Origin: Eledone cirrhosa
Lineage: Eukaryota
Direction: 5' to 3'
Assembly: GCA_964016885.1 (NCBI GenBank)
Contig: OZ024757.1
Span: forward strand, 24,056,001-24,120,000
Length of the DNA stretch: 64,000 nt
In this document: positions 1 through 14,862 of the stretch, piece after piece
How the letters are laid out: each line of letters starts with the position of its first letter
How positions within the stretch are numbered: position 1 is the stretch's first letter
The notes under the pieces: generated by a model
What the model was told of the DNA's origin: nothing
The model's database searches: none
The model's input: the letters and a program-made list of their open reading frames with translations, nothing else
Position numbers and translations under genes: made by a program

Positions 1-245
1 ACCTCAATCGGCCCTGCTCTCTTCAACATCACACCAGGACACGTCAAAACAGAAACTGACCACACAAAATTCAAGAAGTCTTTGGACAAATTCCTCCAAG
101 TAATCCCGGACAAACCACCCACACCCGGATATGTCTCCGCAAACAGTAATTCTCTTCTCGAATGGGCCATGGTGCCCAAATCCTGAATTGAAAGACTTCG
201 CCAGGTGGTGCTATTAAGTTAGACATGGCCTGGGCCAATACTGGC
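1..245 (+). mobile_element. 3' end of a CR1/L2-group LINE
   Basis: Frame reads ..GPALFNITPGHVKTETDHTKFKKSLDKFLQVIPDKPPTPGY..NSLLEW..stop (184-186), a typical LINE ORF2 C-terminus; similar to 48625-48870 on the minus strand. Confidence 0.65.
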
Positions 246-260
246 CAAAACATTTCAAAG

Positions 261-311
<51 letters not shown>

Positions 312-612
312 ATGGCGTATGGTTTAATGATTAGAAACTTGGGCTTACAATCGCGAAGTTGTGAGTTCGATCTTCGGGTGATGCGTTGTGTCCTTGATCA
401 AGGCACTTTATTTCAGGCTGCTCCAGTTTACTCAGATGTAGAAATGAGTTGTTACGTCACTGGTGTCAAGATGTAACGGCCATTGCCTTCCTCGTTGACA
501 ACATCGATGGCGTGTAGAGGGAGATCGGCATGTATGGACTTGTACATCGGAAGAGAACTTTCTAGATACAAATCCCCTGTTCATTCGTGACCGAAGGGTG
601 TCTTAACCCTTT
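312..612 (+). mobile_element. tRNA-derived SINE (family 2)
   Basis: Box A-like TGGTTTAATGATT and box B GAGTTCGATC, body GATGCGTTGTGTCCTTGA.CAAG. Related pieces at 18820-18910 (+), 31731-31895 (+), 58545-58675 (-), 63075-63130 (+). Confidence 0.6.
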
Positions 613-2335
<1,723 letters not shown>

Positions 2336-2336
<1 letters not shown>

Positions 2337-2503
2337 ATGGACACACTAGAAGAGGAAGACCAAGGTTAACATATGTTGATGCCCTAAGGACAGACACTGG
2401 TCTGTTGGAGATGCAGGATATGGCAGCGATAATGAGGGACAGAGACCGCTGGAGAGAGCTCGTCCATGGATCTCGGGAGTTTTACCCGCCTTAGATAGAT
2501 AGA
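2336..2503 (+). mobile_element. RTE-clade LINE 3' end
   Basis: [23 protein letters not shown]...[11 protein letters not shown], then a (TAGA)n tail. Confidence 0.8.
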
Positions 2504-2511
2504 TATATATG

Positions 2512-2580
<69 letters not shown>

Positions 2581-2659
2581 GTATATATTTATATATGTGT
2601 GTATGTATATATATCTATATATATATACGTATATATTTATATATGTGTGTATGTATATA

Positions 2660-2699
<40 letters not shown>

Positions 2700-2703
<4 letters not shown>

Positions 2704-4812
2704 ACCTCGATTTTACTGATGACCTGGCATTCTTGTCACACAGTTACGACCAGATACAGAACAAGACCTCATGTTTGGAGACCACGTCAGACGGGACAGG
2801 GCTCACGATAAACCAGAAGAAAACCGAGCTGATGAAGACCAACAGCACTTCCAAGATATAGGTCACAGCTTAGTGATTTGTCTACCGAGGAAGTGTGGTT
2901 GATCGCCCTGGAAGAACCGAACGAGACGTCACAGCTAAGTTTGGCAAGGCAAGAAAGAGCAGCAGCTTTCATCAGGCTAAAGAACGTCTGGAGTTTATGG
3001 AGAGCCCATCACAGGCTTAGTGATTTGTCTACCGGGGAAGTGTGGTTGATCGCCCTGGAAGAACCGAACGAGACGTCACAGCTAAGTTTGGCAAGGCAAG
3101 AAAGAGCAGCAGCTTTCATCAGGCTAAAGAACGTCTGGAGTTTATGGAGAGCCCATCACAGGCTTAGTGATTTGTCTACCGGGGAAGTGTGGTTGATCGC
3201 CCTGGAAGAACCGAACGAGACGTCACAGCTAAGTTTGGCAAGGCAAGAAAGAGCAGCAGCTTTCATCAGGCTAAAGAACGTCTGGAGTTTATGGAGAGCC
3301 CATCACAGGCTTAGTGATTTGTCTACCGGGGAAGTGTGGTTGATCGCCCTGGAAGAACCGAACGAGACGTCACAGCTAAGTTTGGCAAGGCAAGAAAGAG
3401 CAGCTTTCATCAGGCTAAAGAACGTCTGGAGTTTATGGAGAGCCCATCACAGGCTTAGTGATTTGTCTACCGGGGAAGTGTGGTTGATCGCCCTGGAAGA
3501 ACCGAACGAGACGTCACAGCTAAGTTTGGCAAGGCAAGAAAGAGCAGCAGCTTTCATCAGGCTAAAGAACGCCTGGAGTTTATGGAGAGCCCATCACAGG
3601 CTTAGTGATTTGTCTACCTAGGAAGTGTGGTTGATCGCGCTGGAAGAACCGAACGAGACGTCACAGCTAAGTTTGGCAAGGTAAGAAAGAGCAGCTTTCA
3701 TCAGGCTAAAGAATGTCTGGAGTTTATGGAGAGCCCATCACAGGCTTAGTGATTTGTCTACCTGGGAAGTGTGGTTGATCGCCCTGGAAGAACCGAACGA
3801 GACGTCACAGCTAAGTTTGGCAAGGCAAGAAAGAGCAGCAGCTTTCATCAGGCTAAAGAACGCCTGGAGTTTATGGAGAGCCCATCACAGGCTTAGTGAT
3901 TTGTCTACCTAGGAAGTGTGGTTGATCGCGCTGGAAGAACCGAACGAGACGTCACAGCTAAGTTTGGCAAGGTAAGAAAGAGCAGCTTTCATCAGGCTAA
4001 AGAACGTCTGGAGTTTATGGAGAGCCCATCACAGGCTTAGTGATTTGTCTACCTGGGAAGTGTGGTTGATCGCCCTGGAAGAACCGAACGAGACGTCACA
4101 GCTAAGTTTGGCAAGGTAAGAAAGAGCAGCTTTCATCAGGCTAAAGAATGTCTGGAGTTTAGGGAGAGCCCATCACAGGCTTAGTGATTTGTCTACCGGG
4201 GAAGTGTGGTTGATCGCCCTGGAAGAACCGAACGAGACGTCACAGCTAAGTTTGGCAAGGTAAGAAAGAGCAGCTTTCATCAGGCTAAAGAAAGAACGTC
4301 TGGGCATCAAAAGAGATCTGCCCATGAACTAAATGTTCGTATCTTCAACTGCAACTGAAGGCCGTATTGCTGTAGGGATATGAAACTTGGAGGACAACAA
4401 AGAAGATGCAGCAAAAGATACAGACCTTCTTCAACATCTGTCTCAGGTGCATCTACAACATCAAATGGCTGGAGATGATCAGCAACGAAGATCTGCGGGA
4501 GCGTGGGGCAGGACAGGAACCAGTGTTCAAAGCAGATTCTGCAGGGGTGGTGGTGGTGGTGCTGCTGCTGGATTGGACATACCCTCGGGAAACCAGCATC
4601 CAACACCACACGCCAACCCTGACTTGGAATCCACAGAGTAAGTGGAAGAAAGGCCGGCCCCACGGCAGCTGGGGGCGTGACACTGAGGCTGAATTAAGAA
4701 AGTTGGAAGCTAACGAAAGTGGAGCGGCGAGAGCAGCCCGGGATCGTGTACGTTGGGGGGGGGGGGTCGACAATGGGATGCTCCTCCACAGAGAGCGATG
4801 GAGTTGAATGAA
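2700..4812 (+). mobile_element. Decayed RTE-clade LINE (RT C-terminal half) with internal tandem amplification
   Basis: [26 protein letters not shown], FVYxGSVV..DVTAKFGKAR..AAF.LKNVW, IQTFFNICLRCIYNIKW, WNPQSKWKKGRP; (TGAA) tail. Confidence 0.82.
2868..4290 (+). repeat. Tandem array, ~10 units of 147/144 bp
   Basis: Unit starts (GCTTAGTG) at 2868, 3015, 3162, 3309, 3453, 3600, 3744, 3891, 4035, 4179. Confidence 0.97.
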
Positions 4813-4887
4813 TTATAATGAACACACGCACACGCACACACACACATGTACATATATACATATATATATATGTACATGTATACACAT

Positions 4888-4942
<55 letters not shown>

Positions 4943-5046
4943 ATTTTTAATGCAATGAAATACCTATGACCGTTGGTAAATCACTGATGAGGGACTCATT
5001 TTATAACATGTTATCCATGTGCAACCATGCAGTATTCTTCTCCCCA

Positions 5047-5112
<66 letters not shown>

Positions 5113-5113
<1 letters not shown>

Positions 5114-5566
5114 TAGCAGAATGGCCCGGCGTTGCTCAGGCTTCTAAACATAGATTGGCATGTTTATCCCTCCTTTCTGAAACAGTACGAGGAAGTACGG
5201 AATACCTCGGCCTTGCGACCGTCGAATAGCAGAGTCAACTGACGATTCGTTTGCCCGCCTTGTTCTCTTTCTTGCCGCTTTCGCAGTATTTCGTCCAATG
5301 GAGTATCTCTTCCTTCGAGGCATGACCTAAAAGCAGGACGAGGTGCACTAAAACTAACTGATAGAGTAAGGAGTAAACTCGTCAGTGATGCATATGATTT
5401 CCGAACCGTTGACTATGTAATTGCTGGCCTTGTGCCAAAAGTAGTGGGATGTTTAGGTGGCATATCGGCAGTAACAATGACGATAAGCCGTCTGTGCTTT
5501 CGTGAAATAAATACGTTTGTTTATATTTTGTTTTTGTGTATGCAAAAATATCTGTACACGAATATA

Positions 5567-5602
<36 letters not shown>

Positions 5603-5767
5603 AACCAGTGAGACCCCGACGGCTGAGCTCAAGCCGTTTCGACGGCTAATTCTGAATTGAGCTCAGCCGCCGGGGTCTTACTGGTTCCTATTACCCACTC
5701 TACTACCCCAAGTATTGAGTACTTTGGTGCGTTATGGTCCACCTGGTTCCTTACCACATTTCCTTCG

Positions 5768-5812
<45 letters not shown>

Positions 5813-6247
5813 TAACAGATTAAAGTCTAAGCAAAGAATCGCTGCTTTCTCCCTTAACGGGATCTTCTGAAACTAAAAAAATCAATGTGAACGTAGAAAT
5901 AAATATTTTGAAAAACGTTGCAACCGAAGGAAAACAGGAAGACGATACTTTGGTTCGTGAATACGTTTTCATAATGTCGTAATGCAGACAGCAGACATAC
6001 AGACATATATTATAATGGCGCGACGTTATAGCTATGTATCTATTTAAAAAGACAGACTAAGAAAGAGAGAGATCTCTAACCGGCGTCTGATGTGGTCCCT
6101 AGGGCATTGAAAATTTGAAATATTTTTTGCTCAAAACACCCAGAGGACGATAAGTATTACATGTGTAAAGTTTAAAAAAATAGGTTGGGTGGTTCTCGAG
6201 TTTTAGGGAGTCAGGCAGACAGACATTCTCTGTTTTAGATATATAGA
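5113..6247 (-). mobile_element. Non-autonomous Helitron-like element with nested insertions
   Basis: Minus strand begins A|TC (6247) and ends with hairpin CCTGAGCAACGCCGGG plus CTAG|T (5116-5113); 5940-6160 matches 36960-37130 in reverse. Confidence 0.6.
5601..5770 (+). mobile_element. Fold-back mini-element family X, copy 1
   Basis: Hairpin GGAACCAGTGAGACCCCG.../...CGGGGTCTTACTGGTTCC plus conserved tail ...GAGTACT..GGTGCGTTATGGTCC...CTTCGTTA, embedded in (TA)n. Confidence 0.75.
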
Positions 6248-6473
6248 TTATTAATAGACTGTGATTGGTTGCTTGCTTGGCTGTAATGTAATACAGCCAA
6301 CAGGGCGCATAATGAGAAAATACTTTGAAAAGAAGTTGACCCTGAAATGGGAATACAAATGGAAGAAAACAAGTTTCGCGTAAATCGGATCACGGGTTCC
6401 CGATTTATGAGGTTTTTCGGGTACCTTCATAAACAGAGAGAGAAAGAGATAGTGGTTGTGAACAAAGTAGACT

Positions 6474-6506
<33 letters not shown>

Positions 6507-6565
6507 GGAGAGGAGACAGAGAAAGAGAATGGAAGAGAGGTGGTGGTGTTGTGTATATATATGTG

Positions 6566-6609
<44 letters not shown>

Positions 6610-7075
6610 AACGGCTATGCCCAGCGCATATAGATCAGACACCCACATAAATATATACACACATATATATATACACCTATATAGATACTACACACACGTA
6701 TATATATATATATGGGCCTTCCAGTTTCATTTCACATTATATGCATGTCTGTGTATATTTTAATTATGTAAAAATGAATTCTAAGTGAACGTGACCCAAA
6801 GGTTGATTACTGGTCTAGTATATATATGTAAGCAAGTATTGCACTAAAAAAATAAAACGTCGGAGTGAAGAGATTATACATTTATTTGCTTTGACATATG
6901 TTTCTATGTCAATTATAATTGTCTACATATGCTGACTACAATAAATATATATGTGTTCGCATGCCAACATAAGAGCAGGAATGAAGTGTTCATTCTATTG
7001 ACATGGCTATAAAATTGAGGCTTGTTTGCATAATTGCAAACGAATCGAATGTTATTATTAATATTCGAAAATATA

Positions 7076-7268
7076 GGGCGGGGAATTGGCAGTGTCGGTA
7101 GAGGGTTGGACGCCATGCTTTCTAGCATAGTTACGTCCCTTTACAGTCTGAGTTCAAATCCCGCCGAGGTTAACTTTGCCTTTCATCCTTACGGGGTCGA
7201 TAAAATAAAGTACCAGTAATGTACTGGGTGATTTGCTGGCCTTGTGCCTAAAGTAGAAACAATTATTA
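7076..7268 (+). mobile_element. tRNA-derived SINE family 1
   Basis: Box A TGGCAGTGTCGG, box B GAGTTCAAATCC, core GCCTTTCATCCTTACGGGGTCGATAAAATAAAGTACCAG; flanking direct repeat ATTATTAATATTCGAAAA. Confidence 0.85.
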
Positions 7269-7320
7269 ATATTCGAAAAACTCAGATTACATTTATTGTA
7301 TGCCATGTAGAGCGAAATTT

Positions 7321-7362
<42 letters not shown>

Positions 7363-7639
7363 CATCTCTGATGAACGATCCAGACCTATATTAATATTTT
7401 CTGGGATCCAGAAACCTTTGGTAATGGAGTAGTTATATATTGTGTTGTTCACTTTCTAATTAAATATATATATAGGGTGAAAGCAGCGATTCTTTGCTTA
7501 AACTTTAATCTGTTATTTTAATATATATATATATATATAAATGGAAAAAATGAAATTTCATTTCTCACTCTTAGTACGGCTGAAACTTAAATGTAAGTAT
7601 GTATACGTATACATACTTACATTTATATATATATATATG

Positions 7640-7817
7640 AAAAAATTCAGAACCCTGGTGGCTAAGCTCCAGCCGTTTCACCAGCTACATCTGGATCTAG
7701 CTGTTAAAACGGCCGGAGCTCAGCTATCGGGGTCCTGAATTTTTTCTTATTACTACCCCAAGTGTCGAGTACTCTGGTGAGCAATGGTCTAACTGGTTTT
7801 TACCGCCTCCAGTCTGA
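7640..7817 (+). mobile_element. Family X, diverged copy 2
   Basis: Same hairpin-plus-tail layout (CCAAGTGTCGAGTACTCTGGTG), between (TA)n and (TG)n. Confidence 0.6.
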
Positions 7818-8079
7818 TGTGTGTGTGTGTGTGTGTGTGTGTTTGCTAATGACTGGGTTGCTTCGCCTGAAGAGTTGCATTGCGATATCTTGTTTACAAA
7901 CAGGTGTAAGCCGGTAAGAGCACTTCACCCCAGCCATGTCTATCCAGCACTATGTTGGCTATCAAACGCTGCGGAGTTTCTAAATATGAAATTAACACAT
8001 GTTACATAATTGTATTTATTGGATAATACGTATTCAATAAATACAATTATGTAACAGCTCTCCTACCATAATTTCATAT

Positions 8080-8891
<812 letters not shown>

Positions 8892-8927
8892 ATAAAAGGT
8901 AAACAGAAATATCATATATATATATAT

Positions 8928-9110
8928 AGTTTTAATATAGAAGAGCTTCTACAGGAATAGAACTGTTTCATTGGCGAGAAATCATCAGGAATGTCACGAA
9001 TGAAACAGTTCTAGTCCTGTAGAAGCTCTTCTATATTAAAACTTTTATACTCTGCTATGTATTGAGTACCGTACTGTGGTTACCTCCTATTCAACCCGGA
9101 ATAACTTATC
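8928..9110 (+). mobile_element. Fold-back mini-element with hammerhead remnants
   Basis: Inverted repeat 8928-8972 / 8999-9043; GAAAC-AGTTCTA-GTC on + (9002-16); CTGATGA...GAAAC on - (8988-8965); tail ends in (TA)n. Related fragment at ~29905-29997. Confidence 0.6.
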
Positions 9111-9157
9111 TATATATATATAATATAAGATCAAAAGATGGTTAAAAGAGTTCCAAG

Positions 9158-9228
9158 TATTTTATTATGCGCATTTCAAAAACAAATATCATCATGGAAT
9201 GATATCTGTGTTCTCATCAGATAAAATA
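9158..9228 (-). ncRNA. Type I hammerhead ribozyme motif (inverted copy)
   Basis: Reverse-complement copy of 9336-9406. The three substitutions in helix II all keep pairing (G-U/A-U, C-G/U-G exchanges). Confidence 0.8.
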
Positions 9229-9335
9229 GGGAGACATGATATGAAGCTTAAAAAACACTTGTTGATTTAAAAACATATGTCGATTTAAAACTTCACTGCT
9301 CACAAGTGTTTTTTAAGCTTCATATCATGTCTCCC

Positions 9336-9406
9336 TATTTTATCTGATGAGAACGCAGATATCATCCCATGGTGATATTTGTTTTTGAAATGCGCATAAT
9401 AAAATA
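9336..9406 (+). ncRNA. Type I hammerhead ribozyme motif
   Basis: Helix I TATTTTAT (9336-43) / ATAAAATA (9399-9406); core CTGATGA (9344-50); 16-position helix II with one mismatch (9351-66/9371-86); GAAA (9387-90); palindromic helix III TGCGCA; AUA cleavage triplet ending at 9398. Confidence 0.8.
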
Positions 9407-9525
9407 CTTGGAACTCTTTTAACCAACTTTTGATCTTATATTATTTATACTCCAGTCCTATAAACTGTAGAGTGCTACTTATCCGATATTTGCATTGCTT
9501 TATTGTGCTACGATAAAAGTCACCT

Positions 9526-9633
<108 letters not shown>

Positions 9634-9773
9634 TGTGTGAGAATGAAGTAATTCCGTCGGAAAGGTCCAGGAAAAAACACCAGGATTTTTTCATTCTGAC
9701 GACTGAAAGCAGATTTGTTTGCTTTCAAGAAACCACTGGTCAATGAAATAATTATCTTATGTTGTTTATTACA

Positions 9774-9867
<94 letters not shown>

Positions 9868-10369
9868 TGTTCTAGAGAAAAACAGACAAAAATCGACCCA
9901 CCCCACCCCATGTCTCCTCTTCTCCGACTGCTACAAACCTGATCCTCTCTTTTCACATTCTATGATAAGCACAAGGGAGTCGTTCATTCATCAAATGCAA
10001 TCTCTTCCCCGCAAACATGCCCATCAGATACTTCACTTCTCACGTCAAACAACTCTTTTTCTCGTTTCTTATTTCCCCTCCAGAATACATATTTCACACC
10101 ACCTTTACCACATAGACCAATAGATACACCGCAGTACAGATATGTTGTAACTGCCAACTCAATCTCTATTGCAATAAACACTACTACTTCTAATACAATT
10201 ATGGGCCTGATGACGTTCTGTATGGCAAATGGAATTCAAGCGATGAATATGAACCCACCAGTCTCATCCGGACGACCAGGCAAATGCTCTTCAGACTTGC
10301 AAAACCAACATCAACTCATTTTCCACATCCCCTACTAAGTTTTGACCATCTCCCTCCCACCAGTCTGGT

Positions 10370-13300
10370 GTACTCCATAACTTCAAAGCTGGCACCATCA
10401 ACGCAAGTACGAGATTGATGGAGAGATTGTAGAGATGTTTGAACGAAATAAATTCTATATGTGTTGTGTACAGGAGACTAGATGGAGGAGAACGTGAGCT
10501 AGACTTCTTGTGGGGGAAAAAACGATGCTACTAATGTTTCTAGGTGGGAAATGACGACGGGCTGGGTGGAGTAGGTATTTTGGCAGCAGAGAAAAATGGG
10601 TAGACAAAGTAATTGCTGTAAATAGAATAAATGACAGAATAATTAAACTTAGACTTGTACTAAATAGAATAACCGTGACAATTATATCTGCATATGCACC
10701 TCAATCTGGACTATCAGACGTACTAAAAGACAGACTTTATGAGTCGCTAATGCATATTACTTCCCAAATAACCGACAGTGACCTCATAATCATTGCAGGC
10801 AACTTTAACTGGCATGTTGGACAACACTGTGATGGCTTCGACGGGATCCAGGGGGTTTACAGGTTTGGCGCTAGAAATGAGAAAGGCCTCAGACTCCTGG
10901 AATTCTGTGACTCTAATGCCCTATCTATCTGTAACACGAACTTCAAAAAAAGAGATAGCCGCTTAACCACTTATAGATCAAGTGAGCCTGCCAGGCAGGT
11001 ACCTTGCAAGAAAGGAAGCAGAAAATGAAATATTTAAGCAAGTTTTGCAGCATGAGGATCAAAGGCACGACGTGTTCAGGATTGCAAGGCAATGTGTCAG
11101 GGAAAATTGTGATGTTGGTGGGGCGAAGTGTGTCCGAGATGATAATGGCGAACTTACCCTCACTGGCACTGAAATGAAGGTAGCATGGAAGTGCCACTCT
11201 GAAAGATTACTGAATGTGGAGAATGCATGGGAAGAAAATAGTTTGCCCCAATTTGACCCAACAGAGGGACTGGCTGTACAAGTAAGCAGTAGTATAGTAA
11301 GTAAGGCAATCAAGGATATGAAGACAGGCAGGGCAGCTGGACGTTCGGGGATAGTTGCCGAGATGCTGAAAGCATTAAAGATGGAATGGTCGGTAACACC
11401 ATAGTCACTGGTATTGTAAACCAAGTAATACAAAATGGTGTCATACCCATGACTGGCATAGCAACATCATCGTCAACTTCTCCAAGGGTAAAAAAGATGC
11501 TCTAGACAGAGAAGACTATAGAAGCAGTAGGTTGGTTGACTAGGTTATGGAGGTCATAGAAAGAATTATAACACAGCTGATTAGGGATCAAGTTAGCCTA
11601 AATAAAATGCAGTTTGGATTTGCGTCAGGTAAAAGTATCACAGATGCCCTCTTCCTTGTAAAGCAACTGCAGGAGAAGTACCTAGCTAAAGATAGACCCG
11701 TCTACTTGGCTTTTGTGGACCTGGAAAAAGATTTTGACCGAGTCCCCCGCACCATTATCTAATGGGTTGGTAGAAAACTAGGAGTAGACGAATTACTTGT
11801 GAGGGCAGTACAAGCCATGTATAGAAAAACAGTCAGCAAGGTCAGAATTAACAGCGAAGAATTTAGTGTGCAGGTGTCCATCAGGGCTCAGTTCTTAGCC
11901 CTCTCCTGCTTATTATCGTCCTGCAGGCTATAATGGGGGAGTTTAAGACAGGCTGCCCATAGGAACTCCTGTATGCAGAGCAGATGGCATAACCCTTATA
12001 GCTGGAAGCATGCCCTAGAATCAAAAGGTCTTAAAGTCAACTTGGCAAATACTAAAGATATTGTAAGTAGAAAGGACATCAGGGTCCAAATTCCACCGTG
12101 GAAACGGCCTTGCTCAGTGTACAGAAAAGGAGTAGGTAGAAATTCCATCCTATGTCTCAAATGCAAACTATGGGTGTACAAGAGATTTAGTGGGATCTCA
12201 GGCAGACTAACAAAGAACGTAGGTTTTACATTGGCCGATGCACAAGAGCAGTAACAAGCAACAGCTCAAGGATACAAACTCCTTCAAATGCCCAAAGAAC
12301 TCTGTAAAATTAGTAGATAGTTTCTGCTACCTGGGTGACATAATTAGCAGCGATGGAGGGTGTTCCGAAAGCACAGTAACCTGAGTGAGAACGGGTTTCA
12401 GAAAGTTCAGGGAGTTACTACCACTGCTAACTACAAAAGGTTTTCCCCTCAAAATGAAAGGCAGACTATGATGCATGTATACGAACATGGGATCTGTGTG
12501 CAGAGGATCTGCGAAGATTGGAAAGAAATGAAGCCGGCATGCTTTGATGGATGCGCAACACTACGAACGGCAAAGCCTAAATGAACTGAGAGAGAAATTA
12601 GGCACAAGAGGGATCAGATGCAGTATGCAGAAGAGGAGATTGCCTTGGTATAGACATGTGATGGGTATGAAGAATGTATAGAAAGGTGCAGTGCGCTGAA
12701 ATTGATTGAAGCTACGAAGTGGGAAGACTTAGGAAGACATGAGATGAGGTGATGAAAGCTGACCTTGCATAATAGCACCTCTCAAAGTTGATGACACAGG
12801 ACCGTGATCTCTGGCGCTATGCAGTAATACAGAAGACCCACATTCCCATATGCAAGGGCTGATACAGGCATCTAGTATGCACCACCTTCCATACCATTAC
12901 CCCTTCCATACACCTCCAACGTTGTAATCACCTCACCCAAGCCATAATACTCCATCCCTTTATTTACCTCCCCAATTCCTAATACATTACCCCCGCCCGT
13001 GTCACCAATCAACACTATAAAGTAGTCATCTTGTTACAAGTACAATGAGCGCCCAGTCTACACAGTAAAGTGGTCGTGTAGGTGCCACGACAAAAATCAC
13101 CCAGCTCATACTGTAAAGTGGTCATGTTGGTGACACGACAAAAAGTGTCCAGCCCACGATGTAATGTGGACATGTTGGTGACACGACAAAAAGTGTCCAG
13201 CCCATGATGTAATGTGGTCATGTTGGTGACACGACAAAAAGTGTCCAGCCCACGATGTAATGTGGTCATGTAAGTGACACAACAAAAAGTGTCCAGCCCA

Positions 13301-14031
13301 CGATGTAATGTGGTCGTGTGGGTGTCACGACAAAAAGTGTCCAGCCCACGATGTAATGTGGTCATGTTGGTGACACGACAAAAAGTGTCCAGCCCACGAT
13401 GTAATCTGGTCGTGTGGGTGTCACGACAAAACGTGTCCAGCCCATGTTGTAATGTGATCGTATGGGTGACACGACAAAAAGTGTCCAGACCATGTTGTAA
13501 TGTGGTCATGCTGGTGACACAACAAAAAGTGTCCAGCCCATGATGTAATGTGATCGTGTGGGTGTCACGACAAAAAAGTGTCCAGCCCATACTGTAAAGT
13601 GGTCATGCTGGTGACACAACAAAAAGTGTCCAGCCCATGATGTAATGTGGTCGTGTGGGTGTCAGGACAAAAAGTGTCCAGCCCATACTGTAAAGTGGTC
13701 ATGCTGGTGACACAACAAAAAGTGTCCAGCCCATGATGTAATGTGGTCGTGTTGGTGTCACGACAAAAAATACCTTCCCCACTGTAACGTGGCCGTGTGG
13801 GTATCACGATAAAAAGCATCCAGTCCACACAGTAAAGTGGTTGTGTAGGTGTCACGACAAAAAGCACACTGTAAATATGGTTGCCGTTAGGAAGGGCATC
13901 CAATACTAGAAACCAAGCCAAAATCAGTTCTGTGTGAGTAAAACACGGTCCTCCAACGTGGCTTGTCTCACAACGGGGCAACTCGTCAAACCCATGTTAG
14001 CATAGAAAATGGAGGTTAAACAATGATGATG
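10370..14031 (+). mobile_element. Decayed RTE/BovB-like LINE (AP endonuclease, RT, Cys-rich insert, 3' UTR)
   Basis: CCVQETRW, TIISAYAPQSG, IIAGNFNWHVG, QFGFASGKSITDALF, AFVDLEKDFDRVPR, HQGSVLSPLL, FCYLGD; stops, frameshifts and an internal deletion near 10985; (GAT)n tail at 14024. Confidence 0.9.
13030..13870 (+). repeat. 48-bp tandem array (~17 units) in the LINE 3' UTR
   Basis: Unit GTAATGTGGTCATGTTGGTGACACGACAAAAAGTGTCCAGCCCACGAT; GTGTCC recurs at 13145, 13193 and onward. Confidence 0.95.
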
Positions 14032-14060
14032 TATGTATGTTTACATATGTATCTGTATGT

Positions 14061-14108
<48 letters not shown>

Positions 14109-14390
14109 ATTCATGTACATGCATGTATATATAAATATATGTGTCTGTCTGTGTGTGTGTATATACACACACTCACACACAGACAAAATAATAATAAAAA
14201 TGCGAAGGCAAGATATACATGATTAATTTCAATATTAGGAAATTCACTATAATACACATTTCTATGGCGTTTTTAGTTACGTAACGCTGTCATAAGGCTA
14301 TCACACACACACACATTTATATGATCGTTTAACGTCCATTTTCCACGTTAAATGATGATACTGGTGATACACATATATATATATATATAT

Positions 14391-14593
14391 AGGGAAAGAG
14401 TTATAACTCCGACGGCAGAGCTCAAGCCGTTTCGACAGCTATTTCTGGACTATTCTGCGACCAGAAATAGCTGTCGAAACGGCTTGAGCTCTGCCGTCGT
14501 GGTTCTGACTCTATTCCTACTACCCGCTCTACTAGTATCGAGTACTCTGGTGCGTTATGGTCCACCTGGTTCCTTACCACACTTCCTTCGTTA
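14391..14593 (+). mobile_element. Family X, copy 3
   Basis: Hairpin containing GAAAC-GGC-TTGAGCTCT-GCC-GTC (14476-98; hammerhead helix III and GUC site) plus tail; TA flanks. Confidence 0.75.
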
Positions 14594-14621
14594 TATATAT
14601 AGTAATAATAATAAATGTGAA

Positions 14622-14694
<73 letters not shown>

Positions 14695-14823
14695 TAAAGT
14701 AACAGATTAGAGTTTAAGCAAAGAATCGCTGCTTTCACCCTTAACGGGTTCTTATATATTTGATATATATTTATTCTTATCGAGCCCTCTTTGGATTTTA
14801 GTTTTCAAATTTATTATTATTAC

Positions 14824-14862
<39 letters not shown>

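Noticed and set aside
2878-3621. 247-aa repeat protein ORF
   Set aside because: Off-frame translation of a tandemly amplified RT fragment; later units contain stops.
7076-7165. tRNA genes at box A/B-containing sites
   Set aside because: No full cloverleaf; each continues into a shared SINE core and tail, and several have target-site duplications.
10370-12850. Intact, active LINE as the mobiliser of the ribozyme elements
   Set aside because: Multiple stops and frameshifts, a large deletion and a lost YADD motif; it is also RTE-clade, not Penelope. No autonomous partner is visible in the window.
13015-13981. Cys/His-rich 16-aa repeat ORFs (possible metal-binding protein) or CRISPR-like array
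   Set aside because: Contiguous 48-bp tandem units without unique spacers in a LINE 3' UTR; the ORFs arise because 48 is divisible by 3.
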